Of a stretch of DNA of 64,000 nucleotides, positions 55,780 to 64,000 are shown piece after piece. How positions within the stretch are numbered: position 1 is the stretch's first letter; every line of letters begins with the position of its first letter. The notes beneath the pieces are model-generated. The model was not told the origin of the DNA. It was given only the letters and a program-made list of their open reading frames with translations, and did not search any database. Source of the stretch: an uncultured Gammaproteobacteria bacterium (GTDB lineage: Bacteria; Patescibacteriota; Patescibacteriia; Magasanikbacterales; UBA922); NCBI GenBank assembly GCA_964345045.1, contig CAYFPM010000003.1, positions 134,038 through 198,037 on the forward strand, read 5' to 3'. Position numbers and translations under genes: made by a program.

Positions 55780-56300
55780 GGGGTTGCCCCCAAAATACTG
55801 CACCCAAGAAGGTGTGTCGTAGGAGAAGACGAGCCTAAGCCTGTACTACCCTATAACACACCCCCATGCTTGTCGTGGGCACAGAAGGAAATTTATTTCT
55901 TCAAGTGTTAAATTCTTCTTGAGAATAAACTTTCTTCTATGCCTTTATCCGTCAGAATCTCTTATAACTAAGAAATTCAGTTCGGAAGGGGAGTGAGTGG
56001 CTTGCAGTTGTCGTGGGCTATTATCGTAGAGCCCAGACTTGACAGCGCCAAAAGCGCCGGTCCTGCATTAAGAGATGGGTATTCGGCCCCAGTCTCAAGC
56101 CACTCACTCCCCTGTTCAAGTGAAAGCACCTAGGTGTCTCCACTCGGGTAACGCTTACGCATTCCCTAACTCCCTTCTTTATCCACACATTGAAAAACAG
56201 TTGTCTCTTGCCCAGGTGGGCTAGTCTGTCAATCGATCATGGTTTGCCGAGTCAGGCAAGCTTGTTTTAGCAACTCGCTTGCTGAGCCGACCCCACAGAA
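55780..56300. ncRNA. Unassigned structured noncoding region (candidate ncRNA), strand unknown
   Basis: ~520 nt with no ORF, elevated GC, and bracketed by terminators on both sides. It contains an 18-bp perfect stem (AGGGGAGTGAGTGGCTTG 55988..56005 pairing with CAAGCCACTCACTCCCCT 56097..56114). Nested hairpins lie inside it (TGGGCT..AGCCCA, GCGC-CAAAA-GCGC). TTGTCGTGGGC is repeated at ~55872 and ~56012. Confidence 0.35.
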
Positions 56301-56304
56301 TACC

Positions 56305-56330
56305 ACAAAAAAGACCCTGTGTCAAGGGTC
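56305..56330 (-). terminator. Intrinsic terminator after the VanW-family gene (GACCCT-TGACAC-AGGGTC + TTTTTT on the minus strand)
   Basis: Hairpin at 56313..56330 with a T-run on the minus strand at 56305..56312, 30 nt beyond the stop at 56362. Confidence 0.6.
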
Positions 56331-56361
56331 TATTGTGGAAAGGTTTATTTTTTGGCTAATT

Positions 56362-58359
56362 TTAGGTATTTTCTTCTGCTTCTGGAATAGCAATACTCCC
56401 ATCGGGATTGAAGATATTTTGCTCTTCTGGAGCACAACTAGTACTGCCATCTGGTAATTCTTGGCATTTGTTGAGCTCTGCTACCCCTACCAAACAAATT
56501 TCTGGCAGTGGCCGGTAGTAACTTTCAAAAACTTGCTCTTCTTTGGTGCCATCTGGTAATTCTCGTACATAGGTAAAAGCGGCTTCGGCTCCAGTATAGG
56601 CGTGTTGGCACTCTCTTTCTCCAGGAGCTAGTTTGGTGGTCTCTATAATCTTGGTCTCTCCATGCGGAATCCAACGTTTTACAATTGGTTTTTCATAATA
56701 ACCTTCTCTACCATCACTAGTCCCCCACAAAATAAAATTGAGTCGACTATTTGCCAAATCCATTTCTGTTTGGATCAAAATATAATTATCTGTATCATTT
56801 TTAAACTTAAAATCCGGAGCCGGTTCGTAAATAGTAGCATCAGTTCCTGGCAAACCATTTTGCAAATCATTGTAATAACCCACTACCAAAGAATGATTCC
56901 TGCGCTGGGTAATTGGCAAGCCACTATTCATAGCCATACGAAACAGAGTAGTTCCAATTTGGCACAGCCCTCCACCAATCTCTGGTTTTATTTCATCTCC
57001 TTTTATTACCAATTCTGGCAAATAACCCCCTTCTAGAGTATATGGCTGAGTATGTTCTATGGTAGAAAATTCTTCTCCCGGCTTTACCAAAATTCCATTC
57101 AATTTGTTAACTGCGTTTCTAATATTTTTTATTCTATTCGATGGACTACCAGAAAAATCCGATACCCCGATTCCCAAAATTTCGGTAATTCCCAAATCAT
57201 TGGCCTCGCCAGTGCTGACACTAGGTTCTACCAAATCTACTACAACAGTAATATTTTTGCCCACACCTTCGTTGTGACTAGCTCTTTGGTAGATTACCTC
57301 ATTTATTAATTTGGAAGTTTCTTCTATATTTAATTTTATACCTGGTCTTGATCCTTGAAATTCTTTGACCTCTTTATTTTGTTCTATTTCAAACTTGGCA
57401 TCTCGGGCTTCTCTATCTATTTTATTTCCTACTACAGAATTAAGATAAATCTCCAAATCATCGTGGTCAAAACCAAAAGCATATTCGCCTTCTGTTTTCT
57501 CTTGGACTTCCAACCAATCTTTGAAAATATTTTTTTTCAAAACCCAACTTTCAGAAAAACCGGTCTGAGGATCTTTGTAAGACAAATTTATAGAACCCAA
57601 AGCAAAAATCTTTGGTAAGCTTTTCAAAACTTGATCCAAATTTTTTGAATCTACTTTTGGATTGGTTGTTTTTTGTTCTATCTCCACTACAGCTGGTTGC
57701 AAGATAGACCAACTATTTCTTATCTCCGACAAAGCTTCTTCGTAAGCAAATTCCAATCCAGGGGTAGAACTAACTAGATTGTATTCCAAAGGATCTGTGC
57801 TAATAATATCCACCCCAGCATCCACTGCCGGAGTTTCGTACTCTCCAAATTTGTCTGCCAATTCTTGTTTCAAGGCTTCTTCATTTATATATACGTTTTG
57901 CAATACCAAGTCTTTGTCTTGTAAAAAAACACCTGAAAAGATATTAAATCCTGTGATTATTGGATTTTTACTTTTGCCTAGTGTGATTAATCTATCAACT
58001 TCTTTTTCTATGTCCAAACTAGCAAATTCTACAACAGTACCTTCTGTAGCTACCACCGGATATATGAGGATATCTTGTTTTTTTCCATTATAAGCAAAAT
58101 TAAATTGCAAACCTTCGTTAGTCAATTTTTCACTCATGTCTTGCAAAAATCTGGTCAACTCTTCTTTTTCCATTCCCCCAATCGACAAACTTCCAATATA
58201 TATGCCCGGATTAACTTTTTCCTTGTAACTAGAAGCATAGAAAAAAGAACCACCAAATACCAACAAAAATAATACTGCCGTAAAAATGGCAAAAAATCCA
58301 AAAAACTTCCAATCTCTATTGGACTTTTTTACTCTTTCTTTTATAAAATTTTCATCCAT
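56362..58359 (-). CDS. VanW-family protein (membrane-anchored, with N-terminal accessory domains)
   Basis: N-terminal TM (FFGFFAIFTAVLFLLVFGGSFFY). C-terminal VanW-like core ..GGGLCQIGTTLFRMAMNSGLPITQRRNHS... 665 aa. Confidence 0.72.
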   Translation of the reverse strand: MDENFIKERVKKSNRDWKFFGFFAIFTAVLFLLVFGGSFFYASSYKEKVNPGIYIGSLSIGGMEKEELTRFLQDMSEKLTNEGLQFNFAYNGKKQDILIYPVVATEGTVVEFASLDIEKEVDRLITLGKSKNPIITGFNIFSGVFLQDKDLVLQNVYINEEALKQELADKFGEYETPAVDAGVDIISTDPLEYNLVSSTPGLEFAYEEALSEIRNSWSILQPAVVEIEQKTTNPKVDSKNLDQVLKSLPKIFALGSINLSYKDPQTGFSESWVLKKNIFKDWLEVQEKTEGEYAFGFDHDDLEIYLNSVVGNKIDREARDAKFEIEQNKEVKEFQGSRPGIKLNIEETSKLINEVIYQRASHNEGVGKNITVVVDLVEPSVSTGEANDLGITEILGIGVSDFSGSPSNRIKNIRNAVNKLNGILVKPGEEFSTIEHTQPYTLEGGYLPELVIKGDEIKPEIGGGLCQIGTTLFRMAMNSGLPITQRRNHSLVVGYYNDLQNGLPGTDATIYEPAPDFKFKNDTDNYILIQTEMDLANSRLNFILWGTSDGREGYYEKPIVKRWIPHGETKIIETTKLAPGERECQHAYTGAEAAFTYVRELPDGTKEEQVFESYYRPLPEICLVGVAELNKCQELPDGSTSCAPEEQNIFNPDGSIAIPEAEENT

Positions 58360-58361
58360 AC

Positions 58362-58883
58362 TTAATCTTCTACCACTGTAACCGGTATTCTGGCGTTACT
58401 TTGTTTTTTGGGAATTTTTATAATCAAAATACCATTTTTATAATCGGCTCTGGCCAAATCTCCTTTTACATCTACCGGCAAAACTACTGTTCTAGAAAAA
58501 GGTCCCCAAAAACATTCTTCGTGAAAACATTCTGTTTTTTCATTCAATTCCAGAGGTCTTTTTCTTGTACCTCTTATAGTCAAAAGATCGTTGTGTACAT
58601 ACACTTCTATTTTTTCCGAATCAGCTCCGGCCATGGTAGAGACAACAATTACGTTTTCTTTGTCTTCGGCAACATCTACAGACAATTGACCTTCTTCTAC
58701 AGGTTCGTTCCAATTTGAATTTTGTGATGACAAAACCGAAGGGCTAGAGTCGCCTTCTTTCATAGAGTCTAATATTAACTCAAAAACATCCGGGTCTGAA
58801 TTCTTTTCTTGGAACATATACCAAAAGTTAGCAATGCTTTTATGTTTTTTTGCTTTATTGCTTTCTTGACCTAAGTATAGCAA
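58362..58883 (-). CDS. Hsp20/alpha-crystallin family small heat-shock protein
   Basis: ACD core (..LSVDVAEDKENVIVVSTMAGADSEKIEVYVHNDLLTIRGTRK...ADYKNGILIIKIPKK..). The start is possibly the internal Met (MFQEKNS..). Confidence 0.82.
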   Translation of the reverse strand: MLYLGQESNKAKKHKSIANFWYMFQEKNSDPDVFELILDSMKEGDSSPSVLSSQNSNWNEPVEEGQLSVDVAEDKENVIVVSTMAGADSEKIEVYVHNDLLTIRGTRKRPLELNEKTECFHEECFWGPFSRTVVLPVDVKGDLARADYKNGILIIKIPKKQSNARIPVTVVED

Positions 58884-59017
58884 AAAATATATGTAAGCAA
58901 AAGAAAAAAGAGTCTATCTAACCTTAAATTAATAAATACAACACTAAAATCAATATTTTAGGGTATTTAGTAATTTATAGTCTTTTAGACTCTTTTTAAG
59001 ATAACTCAATATATCAG

Positions 59018-59104
59018 CGGAGGGACAGGGATTCGAACCCTGGGTGGGCGTTAACCCACAACGGTTTTCAAGACCGCCGCCTTAAACCGCTCAGCCATCC
59101 CTCC
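59018..59104 (-). tRNA. tRNA-Ser (TGA), long variable arm
   Basis: Reverse complement GGAGGGA|TG|GCTGAGCGGTTTAAGGCG|GCGGT CTTGAAA ACCGT|TGTGGGTTAACGCCCACC|CAGGG TTCGAAT CCCTG|TCCCTCC|G. Anticodon UGA. Confidence 0.85.
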
Positions 59105-59170
59105 GCTGATAGATCGATTATTAAAAAATGCAGCTTGCCTTCACCTTTTAAAGGTTCAGCGTACCACAGG

Positions 59171-59257
59171 CGGAGAGGGCGGGATTCGAACCCGCGGACC
59201 GGTTTCCCGGTCAACACATTAGCAGTGTGCCCCTTTCGACCACTCAGGCACCTCTCC
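59171..59257 (-). tRNA. tRNA-Ser (GCT), long variable arm
   Basis: Reverse complement GGAGAGG|TG|CCTGAGTGGTCGAAAGGG|GCACA CTGCTAA TGTGT|TGACCGGGAAACCGGTC|CGCGGGTTCGAATCCCGC|CCTCTCC|G. Anticodon GCU. Confidence 0.85.
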
Positions 59258-59516
59258 ATGGTTCATGATACAAACATTGTTTATAGCATAAACTATTCAG
59301 AAGCAATATAGAAAAAGGATCCCCTGAAGTCTATCCCGATTGACGCAAAGCGCTATCGGGAACCACCCAGCTTGCCTCTCTATTATTACAATTGACACTT
59401 AACTATTGACCTTTGACAATATAAACAAAAGTTAAATGTCAGGTGTCAAATATCAGATGTTAAGTATCAGGTATGATTTCAAAGCTCTGTCATTCTATAG
59501 GAAAACCAGGCTTTCG

Positions 59517-60215
59517 TCAACCTCTTGCCAAAGTAAAACCGTGTACAACCTCTACCCCTCCTAGAGTTAAGACTCTGGCAGCTTCTTGCATAGTACTGCC
59601 AGTAGTATATACGTCGTCTACCAATAAGATTCTTTTGCCCTCTAGGTTTACTCCCTCCTCTATGGCAAAAGCTTCTTTTACATTTTTTGCCCTATTTTCT
59701 TTGTCCAATTTGGCCTGAATTTGGGTTTCTTTTTGTCTTTTTAATGCTCCCAAAACCGGTCTCCCCAAATTATTGCCCACAATTTTGGCCAAAAATTCTG
59801 CTTGGTTAAAACCTCTTTCGGCCAATCTCTTTTTGTGCAAAGGAATAGGTACTACAAAATCTATTTCAAAACCAAAATTATTATTGGCAAAATACAAATC
59901 CAAAATACTCTCTATGGGAGAGAGTAGATCTTCTATATAATTATATTTCAAAGCATGTATTATCTTGGATACAGTATCACCTTCTCTATAAACAAATACA
60001 GCTCTTTCGGATTGCAAAAAAGATTTTTCTTGACAATTATCACAACAAGTTCCATCTATATTTTCTTTGTGACAAATTGGGCAAGCTGCTAAATCTATTA
60101 TTTTTAGTTTTGAAAAACAACTATCACAAAGCCAAACTCCTTCTTTGTTACAACCCAGGCAATTTATTGGAAAAATATAATCCTTTAAATTTTTGAAAAC
60201 CCCTCCTAAATTCAT
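59517..60215 (-). CDS. comFC: ComF family protein (ComFC-type phosphoribosyltransferase-domain competence protein)
   Basis: N-terminal 4-Cys zinc finger (CLGCNKEGVWLCDSC...CPICHK) plus a PRTase fold with the PRPP-binding loop (RILLVDDVYTTGSTMQEAARVL). Confidence 0.82.
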   Translation of the reverse strand: MNLGGVFKNLKDYIFPINCLGCNKEGVWLCDSCFSKLKIIDLAACPICHKENIDGTCCDNCQEKSFLQSERAVFVYREGDTVSKIIHALKYNYIEDLLSPIESILDLYFANNNFGFEIDFVVPIPLHKKRLAERGFNQAEFLAKIVGNNLGRPVLGALKRQKETQIQAKLDKENRAKNVKEAFAIEEGVNLEGKRILLVDDVYTTGSTMQEAARVLTLGGVEVVHGFTLARG

Positions 60216-60220
60216 ATTTC

Positions 60221-60805
60221 TTAATTATCCCAATACAAGCCATCTATTTTCCAATCATTTCCGACTCTCACCAATTCTACCCTACCGGTACGGTAACTAG
60301 TTTCCACACCGAGGGCAGCAGATGTTCTTACCTGAGCTCCTACAGATACTTCGGCGTCATTTTCTGTAATTTCGGTAACACTCGTAGATATTACATTGGT
60401 AGTTACACCCAAATATTCTTGTCCTTCTTCTATAGTTTGAGTTTGTAGCCATCTAGCCATAGTCTCTGTAGAGAGAGCCAAGGCATCTTCTATATGTTTG
60501 TTATCATTTTGGTTGGAATAACTACCAAATCTTTCTACAAATATTTTTGATAACTGTTTTACATAAATCTCTTCCGGAGGTAAATCCGGAGTAATAAGAT
60601 TGAATTGTCCTTGTCCCGGGGCAAGAGTTCCGTTTTGAGATGCTCTTGAACCTGTCTGCGTTCCAATAATTCCATTGCCCTCCAAATCAGTTTCTGTATC
60701 AAACTTTGGTTCTCTAATAAATACTACCCAAACAAAAATCAAAATAACGGCCAAGGCTATCCCCGCCCACATAAAAATTTTTTTTCTTAAATCCATCATA
60801 TTCAT
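60221..60805 (-). CDS. Bitopic membrane protein (194 aa), candidate VirB8-like T4SS component
   Basis: Short cytoplasmic N-terminus, one TM (IFMWAGIALAVILIFVWVVFI), ~160-aa extracytoplasmic domain. Size, topology and position directly after a VirB4-family ATPase match the VirB8-like proteins of Gram-positive-type T4SS. No sequence motif confirms it. Confidence 0.35.
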   Translation of the reverse strand: MNMMDLRKKIFMWAGIALAVILIFVWVVFIREPKFDTETDLEGNGIIGTQTGSRASQNGTLAPGQGQFNLITPDLPPEEIYVKQLSKIFVERFGSYSNQNDNKHIEDALALSTETMARWLQTQTIEEGQEYLGVTTNVISTSVTEITENDAEVSVGAQVRTSAALGVETSYRTGRVELVRVGNDWKIDGLYWDN

Positions 60806-60897
60806 TAAAACATTAAATAGTTCATAGTTAGTGGTTCATAGCCAATCGGTCTACTTGAATTATATGAACCATTGGCTATTGGCCATGAACTACTTTC

Positions 60898-62757
60898 TTA
60901 TCCTACTTGCTGTTCAAATTCTTTTTTAGCTTTTTCTATTTCAAGTAATTGTTTTGGATCGGTGGTGATTAATTGATCTTCGGTATACGAAGCTACTACT
61001 TTTATAGCAGCATGTTTTAGGCCAGCAAAAAATATTCCTTCTCCAACAGCACTCTCGAGTAGTAGATATTTTTCTCCTTGGGTCAACAAAAAAGTTTTTT
61101 GAATCAGATCTATAGAAGCGGCCGACTGACGCAGTAACAACTGCAAGGCAGAGTTAGTTACAATAGCTTGACCATAAGGTGATCGCAAAAAATCATTTAC
61201 ATCTTGGGTAATGGTAGTTACTCCCAAATAATACTTACGAGATCTTTTTACCAAAGCGTAGATAAATTTGGCACTGTCTTCGTGTTGTAGTAGCCACCAA
61301 GCCTCGTCTATAACCAAAATTCTTTTTTTATGTTCGGATCGAACTACATTCCAAATATAATTTACCAAAGTATAGATAGCCATAGGCCGGAGCTCGTCTT
61401 CCAAATCTCTTACACTAAAAACTACCAATTTGTTATTCATGGTTACGGTAGTTGGTGAATTGAATAGTCCGGCAAAAGTACCAGTGGTATATTTTTGTAA
61501 CTTCAAAACCAAATCTCCTGCTCCTTGCATACCTTCTAAAACATCTAACAAATCTTGCATAATCGGGGGTTCGGCAGTAGAGAGATCTGTAGAAGGAGTA
61601 ATATCTTTTTTGGCAAAAGTTTCGAGTAAGGCTCTATCCATTATAGAATCTTCTTCGGCAGTTAATCTGCCAAACATAATACGGATAAGACCTTTTAGGG
61701 TGATAACCGCGCTACGAATAATATCTTCGGTAGATACTTCTTGCCCTACCGGTCGTGGCAAGTCAAAAGGATTTACCTTACTTGGAGAAGACAAAGAAAT
61801 ATTTACATAAGTTCCACCAACTGCATCCGAGAGGTGTCTGTATTCCATTTCTGGATCGATTACAATTACTTCGGTGCCTAGCATCAAGCTTCTCAAAATT
61901 TCTAGTTTAACAGCATAAGATTTACCAGCACCAGAAGTAGCAAATACTACCATGTTGGCATTTTGCAAACTAAATCTATCGAAAAGAATCAGACTATTGT
62001 TGTGCCTGTTTATACCGTATAAAATTCCACTATCGCTAGTAAGTTCACTCGAAATAAAAGGAAAAGAAGAAGCAATTGGACTAGAATTCATGTTGAAAGA
62101 AACTTGCAGTTCATCTATACCTAGTGGCAAAGTAGAAGTAAAACCTTGTTCAGCCTGAAACAAAACATCTTTGGTATTTATAAGCTTGGCACCAAAAATA
62201 TTTTCTATGTCTTCTGTAGTTTTGTCTAATTCTTTTTTGTCTTTTGAATAAATTGTGACATAAAAAGCATACTGAAAAAAATGTTCTGTTCCTTGTGTCA
62301 AAGAATCTCTCAATTGCTCTATGTCTCGCAAAGCTGTTTCACGAATTGGATCGCGCGGAGCTCCTTTTTCGGCATCGGCACTTATCTGAGCTTCTAGTTC
62401 ACCTACTTTTTTCTTTAGCTGTTTCAAGATTATGCCGGATTTTACAGGGTAGAAAAACATGGATATATCCATGGTGTTGTTCATGTTTAGTATAGGAGCA
62501 CTCCAACCTACAGATATATAACGAGGGTAGCTAACCACAAAAATAGTGCGTAAAAAAACATTCCCCAACTGCAAAAAGCTAGATTCAACTTTTAGCGCCG
62601 AAGGAGCAATTAAATCTCGGACAGTTACAGTTCCCTCTCGAAAAGTTCGCTCTTCTTCCAAAGTTATTAGACTTTTGTCTATTTCTTTTTGCTTTTTCTG
62701 TTTGGCATCTTTTGGATCAACACCTCTTTTGCTAGTTGTAATTGGCTTAAAGGCCAT
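60898..62757 (-). CDS. VirB4/TraC/PrgJ-family T4SS ATPase
   Basis: Walker A ..VVFATSGAGKSYAVK.. and the hallmark Walker B ..RILVIDEAWWLL.. (DEAW). 619 aa. Confidence 0.78.
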   Translation of the reverse strand: MAFKPITTSKRGVDPKDAKQKKQKEIDKSLITLEEERTFREGTVTVRDLIAPSALKVESSFLQLGNVFLRTIFVVSYPRYISVGWSAPILNMNNTMDISMFFYPVKSGIILKQLKKKVGELEAQISADAEKGAPRDPIRETALRDIEQLRDSLTQGTEHFFQYAFYVTIYSKDKKELDKTTEDIENIFGAKLINTKDVLFQAEQGFTSTLPLGIDELQVSFNMNSSPIASSFPFISSELTSDSGILYGINRHNNSLILFDRFSLQNANMVVFATSGAGKSYAVKLEILRSLMLGTEVIVIDPEMEYRHLSDAVGGTYVNISLSSPSKVNPFDLPRPVGQEVSTEDIIRSAVITLKGLIRIMFGRLTAEEDSIMDRALLETFAKKDITPSTDLSTAEPPIMQDLLDVLEGMQGAGDLVLKLQKYTTGTFAGLFNSPTTVTMNNKLVVFSVRDLEDELRPMAIYTLVNYIWNVVRSEHKKRILVIDEAWWLLQHEDSAKFIYALVKRSRKYYLGVTTITQDVNDFLRSPYGQAIVTNSALQLLLRQSAASIDLIQKTFLLTQGEKYLLLESAVGEGIFFAGLKHAAIKVVASYTEDQLITTDPKQLLEIEKAKKEFEQQVG

Positions 62758-62789
62758 AAAATATTAAATTTGAAATTTTAAATTCGACA

Positions 62790-63476
62790 TTAGGTTGTCT
62801 CAATTTGAAGATCTCTTATGTCTCCCAGTTGTTCGGCAAAAGCAATGTCGGGATTATAAGTTGAATAATATAATTCTATCAAACTTTGGGTATCCATTCT
62901 AACTACGTTCAATCCAATCCCCTGCAAACCACTATCTACCTGCCTTATTCTAGCTTCTAGATCTTCTTTTCTTTGCATAAATCTTTCTGTTTTTAGCCGA
63001 ACTGTTAAAGCGGGTTTTAGAATTTCTTGAAACCTGGCAAAAAAAGATTTTTTCTTGTTGCTAATAGGATCGTATGGAACAACTACATAAAATTTCTTAG
63101 TCATAATTTGTCCAATATCTACCAATTCTTGAACAAAAGCACGGTAGTCGGCAATTTGGATACGCAATAATTCATTTTGCATAGTTTTTTCTGTCTCGGC
63201 CAATTTGTCCAGATACGGTTGCATTTGCAATCTTCTTGATTGCACTACTATCTGAATTGGAAAATCTAGTGAATTCAAAAATCCAACATAAGAAGAAATC
63301 AAAGCATTTTGTTCATCTTCGGATTTTAGAGCAAAGTTAATACTGGAAACCATCAAAACTGCGCGAAGCGTCCCATCTTTTAGCACCACTGTATTTTCTT
63401 TTACTTCTGCTATCGGCAAGTGGGTTTGGGTAGCCGGTTTTTTGCTTTTGGTTTTTTTTACTTTTTTATCTTTCAT
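62790..63476 (-). CDS. Hypothetical protein (~228 aa) upstream of the VirB4-family ATPase; T4SS-associated by position
   Basis: The ORF-track ORF 62790..63641 overlaps the upstream gene by 163 nt. The internal Met (MKDKKVKKTKSKK..., ~63476) abuts the upstream stop instead. Basic N-terminus, then a globular domain. Confidence 0.45.
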   Translation of the reverse strand: MKDKKVKKTKSKKPATQTHLPIAEVKENTVVLKDGTLRAVLMVSSINFALKSEDEQNALISSYVGFLNSLDFPIQIVVQSRRLQMQPYLDKLAETEKTMQNELLRIQIADYRAFVQELVDIGQIMTKKFYVVVPYDPISNKKKSFFARFQEILKPALTVRLKTERFMQRKEDLEARIRQVDSGLQGIGLNVVRMDTQSLIELYYSTYNPDIAFAEQLGDIRDLQIETT

Positions 63477-63478
63477 AA

Positions 63479-63907
63479 TTATTCTTCTCCTTGGTAATAC
63501 CCCCCGGTATTTACAATCAAAGATAAATCTTGAATTCTTTTTCTTTTGGCTCTTTTTACTGGGATTTGTTCTATTTCTTTTATCTCTGGAGCTTTTTTTC
63601 TTAGGTAGTCCAAATCTTTGTTGGAATAATCTTTGCGCCAAATTCGTAAACTTGGTTTTTTGGCTGTTTGAAATACGTTTAACAAAAAGTAATGAAAGTC
63701 TTGCCCTTTAACTTTTACAAAAGCAAAAGTCAAACTAAGTCCACCAACTACTGCCAAAACGGTAGCAAAGAGTGCCAAATCTCCGTAGCGAAAAGCCAAA
63801 AAGCAAGTTAGACCACCGGCCAACAAAATCAAAAATTGGCGAACTGTAATCGGTCCAAATATTTTGGTTTCTACATCTATAAATTGTGGCACTACAAATT
63901 GTTGCAT
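63479..63907 (-). CDS. Small two-TM membrane protein, PrgI/TcpE/VirB3-like candidate
   Basis: 142 aa. Two adjacent TM helices (FLILLAGGLTCFLAFRY / LALFATVLAVVGGLSLTFAFV) near the N-terminus and a basic cytoplasmic tail. Immediately upstream of the VirB4-like operon, as in Gram-positive T4SS loci. Confidence 0.4.
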   Translation of the reverse strand: MQQFVVPQFIDVETKIFGPITVRQFLILLAGGLTCFLAFRYGDLALFATVLAVVGGLSLTFAFVKVKGQDFHYFLLNVFQTAKKPSLRIWRKDYSNKDLDYLRKKAPEIKEIEQIPVKRAKRKRIQDLSLIVNTGGYYQGEE

Positions 63908-64000
63908 TTTAAAAAATTTAAAGTCTAAAGTCTAAAATCATAAATATTATTTTATCACACTAGACAAATATATTCATTTAAACTAATTCTTTATTTACAT

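Noticed and set aside
55780-56300. Assignment of the structured region as bacterial RNase P RNA
   Set aside because: Partial motif matches (GGGUAACGC, ACAGAA, CCACGACA) exist. The P4 pairing consensus (AAGUCCGG / CCGGCUUA) and the AGGAAAGUCCGGGCUCC block were not found on either strand, so it is left unassigned.
62790-63641. Full 283-aa ORF upstream of the VirB4-family ATPase
   Set aside because: Its first ~55 codons overlap the upstream 2-TM gene by 163 nt. The internal Met at ~63476 abuts the upstream stop, which is the usual spacing here.

Overview
This 64-kb window reads as a low-GC (~35%) chromosome segment from a reduced-genome bacterium, probably CPR/Patescibacteria; that lineage call is inference from gene content, compact spacing and the giant surface proteins. 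Most genes sit on the minus strand with very short intergenic gaps. Confidently recognisable housekeeping genes include smpB plus a tmRNA, the infC-rpmI-rplT operon, tRNA-Asp, a PEP synthase, pyruvate kinase, nrdR, ftsZ, ftsA, dgkA, ybeY, rpsU, hisS, lepB, tRNA-Val, tRNA-Ile, rpsP, smc, nrnA, clpP, hsp20 and two tRNA-Ser. Among these sit several unusual elements. (1) Two tandem giant proteins (695 aa and 4,525 aa) share a ~110-aa N-terminal module with the topology of a T4SS pilin (VirB2/TrbC-like) and then diverge into multidomain surface regions. Three small paralogous membrane proteins with thrombospondin-type-3-like Ca-binding motifs follow them. (2) A T4SS-like core (PrgI/VirB3-like 2-TM protein, VirB4-family ATPase, a bitopic VirB8-like candidate) plus ComFC lies at the right edge and runs off the window. 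(3) A ~1.7-kb GC-rich (~60%) single-gene island is bounded by inverted repeats. (4) A 42-nt GC-rich repeat is inserted in frame in three unrelated genes (S16 tail, a small ORF, SMC), each copy encoding EPADAEGSG-VKEE. (5) A 3' fragment of tRNA-Ile carrying a GC-rich insertion lies beside the intact tRNA-Ile. (6) A ~520-nt ORF-free structured region (candidate ncRNA) follows a 23S-IVS-type four-helix-bundle gene. (7) PEP synthase carries a ~270-aa C-terminal extension with a TM helix. (8) A third giant ORF (>1,900 aa) runs off the left edge and is missing from the ORF track because it has no in-window stop. All protein assignments rest on motif recognition by eye; no database searches were run.
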